DNA of 64,000 bases from the human T2T-CHM13v2.0 reference genome, Homo sapiens. Where the stretch lies: the NCBI RefSeq assembly GCF_009914755.1, contig NC_060926.1, one strand, 5' to 3'. The notes under the pieces are model-generated. The model was given only the letters and a program-made list of their open reading frames with translations, searched no databases and was not told the DNA's origin. The translations under genes and the position numbers were made by a program. This document shows positions 41,401 to 55,997 of this stretch, piece by piece; the stretch's first letter is position 1, and the number at the start of each line of letters is the position of its first letter.

Positions 41401-41647
41401 GTTATATAGAGTAGTAGAAAGAAAAAAGGACCCAGAGGGGAAGAGTGTTAATATTTATTGTCTGTTAAGTGTCAGATCCTGTATAAGGGGCTTTTCATGT
41501 TGTCCCACTCACCAAGTATGCTTTATGAGGTAGGTATTATTAATCCCCTGTCCTCTCCCTGCCAAATAGAAGCTAAGGGAAATGAAATAACTTGTCTAGG
41601 CTCATACTTCTAGTAAGTGGAATTCTCTAAAACTTATTCTTTAGATC

Positions 41648-41905
41648 GGTTCTGTCCAATTAAACTTTCTGCAATGATGGAAATATTCTTTTTTCCTTCA
41701 ACTTTATTGAAGTATAATTGACAAATATCATAGAAATATTTTTTGCACTGTTAGTTATGGTAGCCATTAATCATGTGTGGCTATGGAGCACTTAAAATGT
41801 GACGAGTGTGTCTGAGAAACTCAATTTAAAATTGTATTTAATTTAAATCAATTTAAATTTATAGCCAGATGTGGCTAGTAGCTATAGTATTGGAGAGCAT
41901 AGCTT
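41648..41905. mobile_element. MER3 hAT-Charlie element
   Basis: CTGTCCAAT..AACTTTCTGCAATGATGGAAAT...ATGTGGCTAGT...TATTGGA. Confidence 0.8.
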
Positions 41906-43021
41906 TAGGTCTGACTGCTTAGAAAATCTGAGTTGTAGTATTTAATCTTCCACTGGTTTATGCATGGCATTGGGCAAGTTGTTTAGTTCTGGGCTTCAGT
42001 CTAATCTGGTGTGAAAATGAAGGGGTCGCCACTAAGAGATTATCTCCAAGGTTCCTTCTTGCCTGAAGTTCTGTGACTGTTATTAAAACATACAGTAGCA
42101 TTCAATATTCACAAGCATTATGTCTGAAAGGATCCCCTCCCCAATATGCTCACCCATTACCTAAAGATTTCTGTTTAGTCAGTTTCTCTTTTTGAGAAGC
42201 GTATGTATAAAGCACACATAAAGGATAGTGGATTATTCCCCACCTCCCCAACTGTTCGGCAAAAACATTGTGTAACTCAAGGCAGTACTTTATGATGGAA
42301 CAAAGTTTGAATCTTTAAAGGCCATATTTTAACATGCCACCTTCCCGTTTAAAAATATATAGGAGTTCCCCGGTGCTTATCAAATTAATTCCAAATTTAC
42401 CTGCTTGACCTTGAAGACTTTCTACCAACTTCATCTCATTAACCTTGTTTCTCATTCGTGCTTAAAAAGAAAATAGTCTTGTTTTTTCCTTTGTCCTCGT
42501 TTCCATAATTTAAACATCTCTGTCTCCAATTCATGTGCCTCCTCTTTAAACCTTTTTCAAAATTCACCTGTTTCTGGAAGAATGCTGCTTAATCCACTCA
42601 CAAGGATCAGTTAATGAATCCTGGTAATAAGTACCCTAAGGTTAATATATGCTTGTTTAGATATAGTTTAATATCTTCTTAAGCTTTTTTTTTTTCTTAA
42701 GTTTTTATGTTACCTACTCTGTTTCCTTAATTTTCTTAGGTTAAAAAAATTAAAATAGGAATAGCGTCTTTTGTATTGTCTTATGAATTTAGTTCATTTT
42801 TCAACAATGCTACTTTTAAAAGTTGCTAATTTTTAAAAAGGATAAATACTGTAACAACGTTTACCCTTGATCACCACCATAATAGCTATTTTTTGTTTCT
42901 TTCCAGGTAATTGTTCATATTTAAAAAATAAAGTTGTGTGGTAGAGAGAATTTTGAGAGGAATATAATGGGAACATTGTATGGTGGAGGCTGTGCAATGT
43001 AGGGGAAAGATCACAGACTTT

Positions 43022-43153
43022 GGAGTCAAATCTGGTGTGGAATCTAGCGTCAAAAACCTCGGGCAAACTGTCTGATTTCTGAGTCAGGAGTCAAATCTGG
43101 TGTGGAATCTAGCGTCAAAAGCCTTGGGCAAAGTGTCTCATTTCTGAGTCAGG
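43022..43153. repeat. 65-bp tandem duplication inside a MIR
   Basis: Units start at 43022 and 43087; 4 mismatches. Confidence 0.9.
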
Positions 43154-43959
43154 TGGTCTTGAATTGTGGGGATTAAGATACTATATGTAAGGCATCTAGC
43201 GCTGTGCTTTAAATACAAGAGATGATCAGTCAGTGATAGTTGGTATTATTTTTTCATTTTTCTATTCCCATCTTCATGAATATTATTTATTTATTTTAGC
43301 TACCCAAAGCCACCAAGGTCAATGAATATAATTTAAGTGATTAGTTAAACATTCAGGTGATATACCATAACTGATTTAGACATTTACATTTTGTTAAGTG
43401 GTTTTTTGTTTATTTCCTCAGTTTAAAACCCTAGGACTGGGATAATGGTCAAGTGTCATGAATATTTCTGTGCCAGATCTCTCTCTTACAGAAGTACCTA
43501 CAGTGGTTGTTCTTGTTTTGGGAAGAAAAAAATGCTAATTTTATAATTGTATTTCATTGTTTTAATTAATGTAATTTGAAAATTTATTTGGTGATGATGT
43601 AATGAACATTCCTTTATATGTTAAGCAAACATTTGAAATGCCCATTGTAGTGGGAGCAGTGGTATAAAGGTAAATAAGACATGATTCTTGTCCTTGAGCT
43701 CAAATTCTAGGGTGGTAACACATGTCAACAAACAATTAACAATTCATAGTGACAGTGTAATAAGATCTGGGGAAAAGAAGTGGCATTTGAATATGGTCTT
43801 GGAGGATCATTTGGAATTGATCTGGGTAGAGAGAACAGCATATAGAAAAAGTCAAAGTATGAAAGAATGTGTGGTGTGTTTGGAGAAATGTAAGTTGTCT
43901 TGTTGGATATGTCTGTCTCTGTCTGGGTGGGTGTGGTTGTCTGTTCCTGTGTGTGAATC

Positions 43960-43960
43960 T

Positions 43961-43993
<33 letters not shown>

Positions 43994-44000
43994 TGTGCGT
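43960..44000. repeat. (TG)n(CG)n compound microsatellite
   Basis: Direct reading. Confidence 0.9.
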
Positions 44001-44079
44001 TGATTGCAGTGGGAAATGAAGTCTTGTGAGGGTCCTTGTGTTTGGGCAATGAGTGGGATCATTTTAAGACCTTTAAAAT

Positions 44080-44300
44080 AGAGCTTCCCAACTGGTGTGC
44101 CATGAATGGTTTACCAGTGTTTCGGAGAGCAAGATACCCTTGTTTAATGGGACCTGGGCATATCAGATCCCCCTCCCCACCCTGCCCCAGGATGGTTTCT
44201 TTTGGCTTTGAATAGCATTTGTGGCTTATCCCAATGTGCTAAGAAATTATTATTTTCTTTGTTGCCAAGTTGGGAAAAGGATTGGGAAAACCACTGTTTT
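44080..44300. mobile_element. hAT-Charlie MITE (MER103-like)
   Basis: GCTTCCCAACTGGTGTGCCATG ... GGATTGGGAAAACCACTG ends. Confidence 0.5.
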
Positions 44301-44478
44301 AGAGACTGTAAGTATTAGAAAGTTTATGGTTCCTACTCACCCTTGGCATCCACTATGGAATCAGAAATAAATATCAAATCCTAAAGTAAGCTTAAGGTAA
44401 ACTTAAGAATTCTTAAGTCACCTTCCTCTTTCTCTCTCTTTTTCCCTCCCTTTACCCGCTGCCTCCCCCATTTCACTG

Positions 44479-44500
44479 GTGTATGCGCATGTGCGCGCGC

Positions 44501-44559
<59 letters not shown>
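44479..44559. repeat. (CG)n(TG)n compound microsatellite
   Basis: Direct reading. Confidence 0.9.
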
Positions 44560-45039
44560 AAATATCTCTTTGGTGCCCTTGCGTTACTGGTGCCCTAAAC
44601 ATGCATTTAGTCTGCCTCTTGGGAAATCAGCATTAACATTCAGGAACAATTTAGAGGTATTTAAATAAGGGATGATAAGATTAGATGCAGGTTTTGAAAG
44701 GTAACTCCTGACTTCTAGATAATGATGCAAAGTTACAAGGATAATGCAAGGATGAGGTTAGAAATGGAGCAGAGAGACCAGATGCTGTTGCAGTGGTCCA
44801 GGGGAGGGATGATAGGAACCAGAAATAGGGCAATATAGATATGAGATTAGAACTGAAAACTGAGTAGTTTCACTAGACCTGAGAGTCCATTTGGACATGG
44901 GGGGAAAGAGTTGAAGATGATGCTAGGATTTCTTCTTTGGCAGCTTCCCTTCTTTAGCAAGGGAAGGCCAGATTATTTTTATTGAGCACTTCCAGTGAGC
45001 CAGGTATTTTGCTAGACAGCGAAGTTGTCACGAGTTCTC

Positions 45040-46720
45040 ATTTAACATTTTGAAATAATTTCAAACCTAATGAGAAATCTCAAGAAAAGTACAACAAAGA
45101 GCTCCTGAATCGCCTTAAACTAATTTTTAACATTGTACTAGCTATGTACCGTGTGTATACACAGCTCAAGATGAGCCTGGAACACCTCGTGCTTGGCTCA
45201 GTAAGGCCTTTTCCAGATGCCCCAAGTGGTCACCTTGGAATTGTGTTTAGCCCTTTCCCTTTTTCTACTGTATCTAATTGGATCCTCAAATTTCAGTGAA
45301 ACAACCTCATCATCTCTCATTTCTGGTCCTACATTTTAATCCTTATTTCTCCATTTCAGGGGAATGCACCATTTCTAATTTCATTTGGCTTTTTTCCTGA
45401 ATTATTTGAGAGCAAGTTGCAGACATGATCCCTATCACTACTAAATATTTTAGTGTGTATTTAGCAAAACAGGACAATCTCCTACATAACCGCCAAATCA
45501 GGAAATCAACGTTGATATAACACTACCTTCAGGTCGAACCTAGATGCCATTCAAATTTTTCCAACTATCCCAGTAGTATCTCTCTTTTCTTTTTGGTCCA
45601 GCATCCAATTCAGGTTCACACATTGCATTTAATTGTCACATCTTTTAGTTTCCATCAGTTTGGAATGATTCCTCAATATTTCCCTGTCCTTTATGACCTT
45701 GACAGTTTTAATGAGCAGAGTCCTTTTTTTCTGTTACATGTTTTCCTCAACTTAAGTTCATCCAGTGGTTCCTCATGTGCAGACCGAGTGCATTGTTGGC
45801 AGGAATGCCATAGAAATAATGTCGTGATATTCTTAGTACATCACTAAGAGACGTGCTGTATAGTCCTGCTACTAGCGATGTTTAACTTTGAACACCTGTT
45901 AAATTCAAGTCTGCTGGGTTTCTCTACTGTGAAGTTATCGTTTTTTTCCTTTTGTAATTGGGAATTCTTATGTGAGAAGATATCTGGGAGTGTGTCAATA
46001 GAGCTGAAGGCTGTAACCACGAGCCTTCAGGTCTGATGATTGCTACCTGAATCAGCCACAACTGTGAAAGTTGTCACCTACATTTATTAGTTCATATTCT
46101 ACTGAAAGAAGATTTTCTCCTTCTTCTCCATACATTTATTTATTCATTCATTTATATCAATATATACTCCTGGATTTGTTTCTGTTTAGTGGTTTTTATT
46201 AGTTACTGTCATTTTAAAATTTCATTTTGTTGGTCAAATTGTCCCAAATTTGGCCTTTAAGTTGGCTCCTCTATCTCCTTGACCTGTCCCCCTCCTTGGT
46301 GTATTTCCTTACTTTCTGGCCTAACAAGATGTTCCAGATGATCTTAATACTCTCCTATCCCAGCTCTGAAATCATTTATTTTTCCAAGGAATCCTGATTT
46401 TATTTTACTTTTTTAAGTAGAGATGCTATTTAGGAACTGAGATCCGAGTGTTCAGTGTGTTCATTTCTGCTGGCATGTCATCACTTTTAGGGGGATAGAG
46501 CTAGGAAATACATATATGTATACACACATCTGAATCTGTTTCTATGCCTATGTACAGGTATTTTATAAGTTCACACTGATACAACCAATTCCAATCTAAC
46601 ATCTCAGGATTCGTCTAGCCTTTTCCCTTTCTGTATTTGTAAATCTCTTCTCCAGCAGTGATAAATTGGTTCCTATTATCTCCTCAGTGTATTTACTTAT
46701 TTGCTCAATCCCCTTGTATG
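45040..46720 (-). mobile_element. Old L1 (L1MC/ME-like) 3' region
   Basis: TTTGAAATAATTTCAAAC, TTTGAGAGCAAGTTGCAGACATGAT, GATGTTTAACTTTGA, ACAAGATGTTCCAG are antisense L1M motifs. Confidence 0.7.
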
Positions 46721-48865
46721 TGCCAGTCTTCCGACCCCGCATTAGTTGTCTCCTTTCTCCTTGCTTGCCGCCTCTGAGGCCTGTGGCATGGGGTCCTCAG
46801 AGCTTGCTGTCAGGTCCATGTAGGAAAGAGAACTTCTCATTTAATCTTTTTCCCCTCATTTAATCAGGACAGAAATTTGTTAGAAAGGTGCTATTCCCAG
46901 TTTTAAAAGGAGAACAGAGCTGAAATTCAAAAAGGTCTGTGTCTTTAGGCATGTTACTGTGTAAATAGCTGAGTAAATATTTTGCATTCAGATTCGTCTG
47001 ATACTGAAGCATCTTTTCTCTCCTGTACTGCATAGCCTCTGAGTATCTGTGGAATCCAAAGTGGCAGGATTTAAGGTTGTATAGATGGTAGCTGAAGCAA
47101 TGGGTGGGACTGTCACTGCTTATGAAGTATATATAAAGTTAGGAAGAGGCACACTGACAGAGCTCCTAACTACCACCACTGAAAGATTAAGGGCTCTCCG
47201 AAATCAAGAAGCCAGTGAAGAAGACTGAAAGAAAGGTTGTGAGAGAGGAGTGTGGTTGTGTGTTAGATGATGGTGAAGTAAGGAATTTCATGAAGCTGCC
47301 ATGTTGCTGAGAGAAAAAGAGAAGACCAAGAGGCTTTGAATTTGACTGTTGGAAAGTTATTGATAATCTCAGCTAGTTGGTTTTCCAGTGTGTTCAGGCG
47401 AGCTGCCTGTATCAGAATTATGGAGATACTAATGAAAAATATGAACTCCCCAGGTCTCATCTCAGACCTTATAGATTCTTAAAAGGGGGAGTGGGGAGCC
47501 AGGAAGTGGTAGCCTGGGAAAATCTGCTGAAATGCTAAGGTTCTTCTGAGGTGTACTAGTTTGAGGTTTGTTGCTTTAGCAGAAGAGTTATAGTGGAAGA
47601 GTGTAATAAACTAAATTGAGGAAACCAAGTGTACAATGAATATAGATGAGACAGCTCTTCGAGAAGTTTGCCATAGAGGTAAAAGATCTCAGGTCATGGA
47701 AGAATAGGGGACAGCATCAAGAAAAATACCTTTGCGTTTCAAGGGTTACATACACCTTAACATTTGTTGGGATTAAGAGAAGGAAACTGTAATGGTTATT
47801 TTAAAGTTGGGTAAGCAAAACTAATTAGCAACACCTACTATCAAAAAAATGCCCTGAGTGAACTTTGATATGTATCTGGGATAGCTGCCTGCTCCCATTT
47901 TAAATGCCATCTTTTGGTAGGTCTTTGGAGTAATCCAAGGGTCATTGTTTATTTTGTTTTTAGTTAAATTTGTATCTTGTGTTTTTGTTATACAGTTGTG
48001 TAAAGAGCTTCTCTTTGCTCATTTTTATACAAACACGAATTCTAAGTATATTCTTGTATATAGACGAGTCACTAGCAATACAATTAAAAATTACGTCCAA
48101 AATTGGAGGTGACTTTAGAGGGAAATCCAATCCAGGGCTAATTTAATGTATTCTTTGAGCACCAGCTAGGTACTAGGCACTGTGCTTGGCTGTGGGGATA
48201 CAGAATTGAATAAGACATGCTCTTTATCATCAAGATTATTGTTCTTTCTTCAGAGGAACTTGAAATCTAGTGTATAGCTAGAAATGGTACAGATAAGTCA
48301 TAGATAACTATGTTAGTCTACAGTAAAATAAGTACAGATAAGTCAATGTTTAATTAATACAGCAGTGTATATTACCATAATTCTCAGACTTGTCATTTTA
48401 AAATTGTATTTAAATTGTATTTTCGTATTTGAATTGGCAATATGGCTACATGGTTCAAGTTTCAAAATAATATAAAAAGGCATATAATGAGAAGTCTTGA
48501 TACCACTCCTTCTCTTTCCTGTTCTGTATAGGTAACTACTTTTATTTTTTGTATATTCTATGGTATTTATGCAAATAGAAACACATATAAAGATTACTGT
48601 TTTCCCCCTACCTTTTTTATGTAGAAGGTATTTACTATATTAATGCTTTGTACCATAATTTTTAAATTTAAAATATACCTTGGAGATCATTTGACTTCAG
48701 CATATAAAAAGCTGTCCCTTTCTTCTTCTTTTTAAAAAATATAGTAGTATGTTCTATTGTATAGATATACTATTAAGCTAACTAATTCTAATTATTTAAA
48801 CTTTAAGTTTTAGACCCTTTTACTTGTGTAACCCATTTCCTTTCACCTCTTTCTGTATGAACTAG

Positions 48866-49410
<545 letters not shown>

Positions 49411-50533
49411 AATAAATAAATAAAAGTAGGTTTATTTGAGTGCAGATCTGTATCTGTTCTGCTCTGTCCTGGTTTTCTGTGTTAACAATGTCCTATTTTT
49501 AAATTCCTGTACTCCAATCTTGTAGCTGGAGCTCTCTGCTATCTACTGTAAGCATTGCCTGCTGCCATGTTTCCTTACTGTGTTTTTCCGTGATTGCTGG
49601 GATACCACCTGCTTATCTGACCTCTACAATGCTAAAGACCTGCTTGCCTGGATCACTGCTTATTGTCTGGTACTGTAAGCTCTGGATACTATTTTCTAAC
49701 TGCCTGTCTCTATTGCCTCTCATCATCATTAGCGAGTTTCCCTCTTCTCCCCTAATTTTCCCTATCACAGCCCTATCAGCCCTTGAGTTTTAGTTTGTCA
49801 ATGTGAAACTTGGCAAAACTTCTGAAATTATTTGGGATGATTTAAAATCTTCTTGATGTTAGTTGTTATAAGTCCATTATGCCTTGTCTGGACTCTTGTA
49901 GTAGTCTTTTTAAGTGCAGTTTGCTATAGTTTTGCCCTTTATAATCTCCTTTACACTGTAGCCAGAGTGATCTGACATTCATATCTGATCAGAATTCTTT
50001 TGTTATCTCTCCATCTCTCTATAAAATAAAATGAAGGAGTTTTCCAAGGGGATTAAAGTTATTTGGGAAATATCAGTTTTTAAGATAATATTATTTTTGT
50101 GTGTTTCTTTTTTAGATACTTGTTCATGAAAGCAAAATATCATTACAAATGCCAAGGACTTCCAAATTGTTTCATTTGCATTGAAATAAGGGAAATCTTT
50201 CTAATTTATCTTACTGTTTCCAGCCTAGCACAAATTGCAGTCAGTTATAGTGGCTTACTACAAGAAGCTGCTAGGGAAAATGGAATGTCTTCTTTGGGAA
50301 GGGATCGTGATTTGAAAAAGTTCTCTTAGGTGATTCTGATACTGTGACTCATTTTGTATCTGGCTATTTTTATGGCTTTTGATCTGTGTTATCATAATTG
50401 TTTATGAAAAGAATTTCGTAACCAACAGTTTGTTATATGCAATTCTGAAATTCCCACATCCCTAAAAAGCCCAAAAGTTTTGTTAACTAATTTGGCAACC
50501 AAACTTGACTTATACTGAGGTGAGACTACTTAG

Positions 50534-50900
<367 letters not shown>

Positions 50901-51504
50901 TAAATAGCAATATGGTTGAATACAGGGTGCTGCCCTAGAATCAAGAATGTTACTTAATGTAAGGTATCTGTGCCGTATCACCTGTCTGTGTCCCAGATAC
51001 TCTGAAATTCAAAACACTTCTGAAAGTGTTTTGAAGCTAGAGATCTTAGATATGAGATTGTAGAACTGAACCACCAACTTCCTAGCAATGGAAAGAAGTG
51101 GTACTTTGTTTTCTTTTGTATTTCTTTTTGGTGGTAATGTAGTTGAACATTTTTTCATGTTTATTAATTTCATTTCTTATATTCTTCAAATTTTTTGTTC
51201 ATTTATCTGCTAGGGTGAATAGTTTTTCTTACTAATTTATAATATCGTAGATACTAATTGGTTTTCTGTTCATTCTAAGTTTTTGTATCTAGCATATTGG
51301 TGGAAAATGCTACAAGTTGAAAACGCACATACAGCTGATGTTTGAACAACATGGATTTGAACTGTGTGGGTCCACTTATACGTGGATTTTTTTTCAATAA
51401 ATATATCGGAAAAATTTTTGGAGGTTTGGGACGATTTGAAAAAAACACAGATGAACTATATAGCCTAAAAATATCAAGACTTTTTTTCAATTAAGAAAAA
51501 AACT

Positions 51505-51849
<345 letters not shown>

Positions 51850-52792
51850 CTAGTCTACTTTATCATTTACTACCATAAAATATACACAAATCTATTATAA
51901 AATGTTAAAATTTAACGAAACTCACACAGACCATACATGGTATCATTTGCAGTTGAGAGAAATGTGAAAAAACATAATGATGCAGTATTAAATCAACTGC
52001 ACAAAATTAACCATCTTACATAATGTATTACTGTAATAATGTAATAACCACCTCTATTTCTAGTGAGTTCAGGTGTTGGAAGTATCCATTTAAAATGCCA
52101 TGTGATGCTAATCATCTCCACATGAGTAGTTTGTCTCTCCAGTTAATTGCCTGTCACAATAAAAAGTGATCTTTTGTGGTTCTTGAGTATTTTTTAGCTA
52201 TGTTTCATCATGTTTAGTGCAAATCATAAACCTTGAATAACACCATGGAACCCATATGAAATGCAGCTAGTGATGCTGGAAGTGCTCCCAAGGAGAGAAA
52301 TGTCACAACATTACAAGAAAAAGTTGAATGGCTTGATATGTACCATAGATTGAGGTCTGCAGCTTTGGTTGCTTGCCATTTCAAGAGAAATGAATCCAGG
52401 ATAAAGACCATTTTTTTGTTTTGTTTTTGTTTTGTTTTTAAAAGAAATCTGTGAAGCTGTTGCTACAGCTACACCAGCAGGTGCAAAAATCTTGCACTTT
52501 TTGTGAAATACCTTTTTATCTCACATTGAAAATGCAGCTTTTATATTAGTGCAGGATTGCTATTAGAAAGGCACACGTATAGACTCTAATATGATTTGAG
52601 TAAAAGCAAAGTCATTATATGATGACTTAAAGCAAAAGAAAGGTGAAGGATCTAAAGCTGGAGAATTTAACCCAATCCAAGGATGGTTTGATAGTTTTAG
52701 AGTTTGGCTTAAAAAATGTCAGGATAACAGCAGCTTCTGCCAACCAAGAGGCAACAGATGAGTTCCTAGGCACCCTTAAGAAAATCACTGAG

Positions 52793-53074
52793 GGCCAGGC
52801 ATGGTGGCTTATGCCTATAATCCCAGCACTTTGGGAGGCCGAGGCGGGCAGATCACGAGGTCGGGAGTTCGAGACCAGTCTGACCAACAAGGTGAAACCC
52901 CGTCTACTAAAAATACAAAAATTAGGCATGGTGGCATGTGCCTTTAATCCCAGCTACTCAGGAGGCTGAGGCAGGAGTCGCATGAACCTGGGAGGTGGTG
53001 GTTGCAGTGAGCCAATATCGCGCCACTGCACTCCAGCCTGAGCAACACAGCGAGACTGCTAAAAAAAAAATAAA
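52793..53074 (+). mobile_element. Alu (AluS-like) in Tigger2
   Basis: TSD AAGAAAATCA(C/T)TGAG. Confidence 0.95.
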
Positions 53075-53144
53075 AAGAAAATCATTGAGGAGAAAAGATA
53101 TCTGCCTAACAGGTTTTTAATGCAGATGAAGGTGCCCTATTCTG

Positions 53145-53176
<32 letters not shown>

Positions 53177-53852
53177 CCACAAAGGACATTTATTAGTAAG
53201 AGAGAAGTGAGCATCAAGATTTAAGGGAGGAAAAGATAGGCTAACTCCACTGTTTTGTGCAAATGCAGTCCGGTTTATGATCAGGACTGCCCTTATCTAT
53301 AAAGCTGCTAACCCCCGAGCCTTGATGGGATAAGGTAAATACCAGCTGCCAGTCTATTGGTCATATAACAAGAAGGCCTGGACAATAACTCTTTTTCTGG
53401 ATTGGTTTCATTTGTGCTTTGTCCCTGAAGTCAGGAACTACCTTGCCAGTAAGGGACTGCCTTTTAAAGTTCTTTTGATGTTGGACAATGCCGCTGGCCA
53501 CCCGGAACCCTGTGAGTTTAACCTTATGTTGAAGTGGTCTGCGCGCTCTTCCAAACACAACATTTCTAATTCAGACTCCAGATTGATTAGTCCTAAGGAC
53601 CTTTAGGGCTCATTACACATGATACTCTATGGAAAGGATTGTCAGCATTATGGAAGAGAACCCTGATAGAACATCATGGAAGTCTGGAGGATTACAGTAT
53701 TGAAGATGCCATTGTTGTTATAGAAAAAGCTGTGAAAGCCATCAGGCCTGAAACTGTAAATACCTGCTACGGAAGACTTTGTCCAGATGTTGTGCATGAC
53801 TTCACAGGATTTACAACAGAGTCAGTCAGGGAACTCATAAAAGAGATTGTGG

Positions 53853-53897
53853 ATATCTATATCTATATCTATATCTATATCTATATATCTATCTATA
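53853..53897. repeat. (ATATCT)n microsatellite within Tigger2
   Basis: Direct reading; gives the IYIYIY run in the supplied ORF. Confidence 0.9.
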
Positions 53898-54186
53898 TAC
53901 TTTTTAAAGGTTGAGGATGAAGGGTTTCAGGTATACATCTTGAAGAAATTCAAGAGCTAATTAGACACCACACCAGAGGAATAAATGGAAAATAACTTGA
54001 TGGAGATGAGTGCTTCCAAACCAGTACCAGATGATAAGCAAGAAGATGTGGAAGAAACAGTACCAGAAAATAAATTAACTATAGACAGTCTGGCAGAAGG
54101 GTTCCACTTATTCAAGACTGCCTTTAACTTCTTTTACAACATGGACCCTTCTAAAATACGGGCACTGAAACTAAAGCAAATGGTAG

Positions 54187-54517
<331 letters not shown>

Positions 54518-55014
54518 CATAATGTAAACATTTTAAGTGAAAGTTTTAAAAAGCCCAACAGAAATTACTATGTATTTCTGTAAAGTTACGTGGAGTGTGC
54601 CTGCCTCTCCTGCTTCCCCTTCCACTTCCTCCACCTCTTCTATCTCTGCCACCCAGAAACAGCAACACCAATCTTTCCTCTTCCTCCTCCTCAGCCTACT
54701 TAATGTGAAGACAGTGAGGATGAAGACCTTTGTGATGATCCACTTGCACTTAATGAATAGTAAATATATTTTCTCTTCGTTAGGATTCTTAACATTTTCT
54801 TTAGCTTTATGGTAAGAATTCAGTATATATAATGCATGTAACATACAAAATATGTGTTAATTGACTTTGTTATTGGTAAGATTTCCGGTCAACAGTAGGC
54901 TGTTAGTAGTGAAGTTTTGGGAAAGTCAAGAGTTACATGGAGAAATTAGACAGTGCAGGGGTCAGTGCCCCTAAACCCTGCATTGTTCAAAGGTCAACTG
55001 TATTTATATGGTAA

Positions 55015-55590
55015 AGGAGATGATCTTGCTCTTTTGCTCAAAATCCTTTAACGGCTTCCATTCTTTCTTAGAGTAAAAGCTAAAGTTTTTACTGTGGCCA
55101 AAAAAGCCCTACATGGTCTGTGGACCTGGCTGTCTCTCTGACCTTATCTTTGACCACTCTTCTTTTTCATTTTTCTCAAGGCACACTGGCCTCCTTTTTG
55201 TTCCTGGCACTGGCAGACTTGTTCCTACTTCAGGTCTTCATGTTTGTTCTTCCTTCTGCCTTGAACACCCACCTTTCTCCCAAGTGTTCCAGGCAGATGG
55301 AGTATGCACATGGCTCACTCTTTTACTTTTTAAGTCTCTGCTCAAAAGCAAATTTCTCAGCCATGGCTTTCCTGAGCACCCTATTTAAAATTGCTTTCCT
55401 ACTCCTACATGGCTGTTCTCCTTTGCTTACCACCTCACATTATACTATATATATTTTTTTCTTTCCTCATTATAATGGAAGCTCCATGAGGGCAAGGACC
55501 TTTATCTTGTTTTGTTTGTCGATATATTCATGTTGCTTCTTCCTGTCTGGCACAATGTGAGGTACTTAATAGATATGTTGAACATGGGAG
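55015..55590 (+). mobile_element. L2 LINE 3' fragment
   Basis: CTCAAAATCCTTTAACGGCTTCCA, AAGCTCCATGAGGGCAAGGAC, CTGGCACA...TACTTAATA. Confidence 0.75.
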
Positions 55591-55701
55591 GGGTTAGGGA
55601 AAAGTAGAGGAACATTTATCTAATTGCCTAACACATGGACACTTGATTCGAGCCTTTAGTTATAAATATTCTGCTAATTCTGGTGTAACTAGAGTATTTT
55701 A

Positions 55702-55997
55702 TATATATTTATTTTAGAGATAGGGTCTTGCTCTGTCTCCTTAGCTAGAATGCAGTGGCATGCTCACAGCTCACTGCGGTCTCAACCTCCTAGCCTCAAG
55801 TGATCCTCCCACCTCAGCCTCCCTAGTAGCTGGGACCATAGGTGTGTTCCACCATGCCCAGCTAATTTTTTTTTTTCCCCTAAGAGATGAGGTCTTGGCA
55901 TATTGCCCAGGCTGATCTTGGACTCCTGGGCTCAAAGGATGCTCTGGTCTCAGCCTCTCAAAGTGCTGGGATTATAGATGTGAGCTACTGTGACCAC
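55702..55997 (-). mobile_element. Alu (AluJ-like)
   Basis: Reverse dimer, J diagnostics. Confidence 0.9.

Noticed and set aside
43688-44602. HTHT / CVCV repeat ORFs
   Set aside because: Translations of (TG)n microsatellites.
55120-55560. 146-aa hydrophobic ORF resembling a membrane protein
   Set aside because: Lies within a pyrimidine-rich L2 fragment, which explains the Leu/Phe bias.
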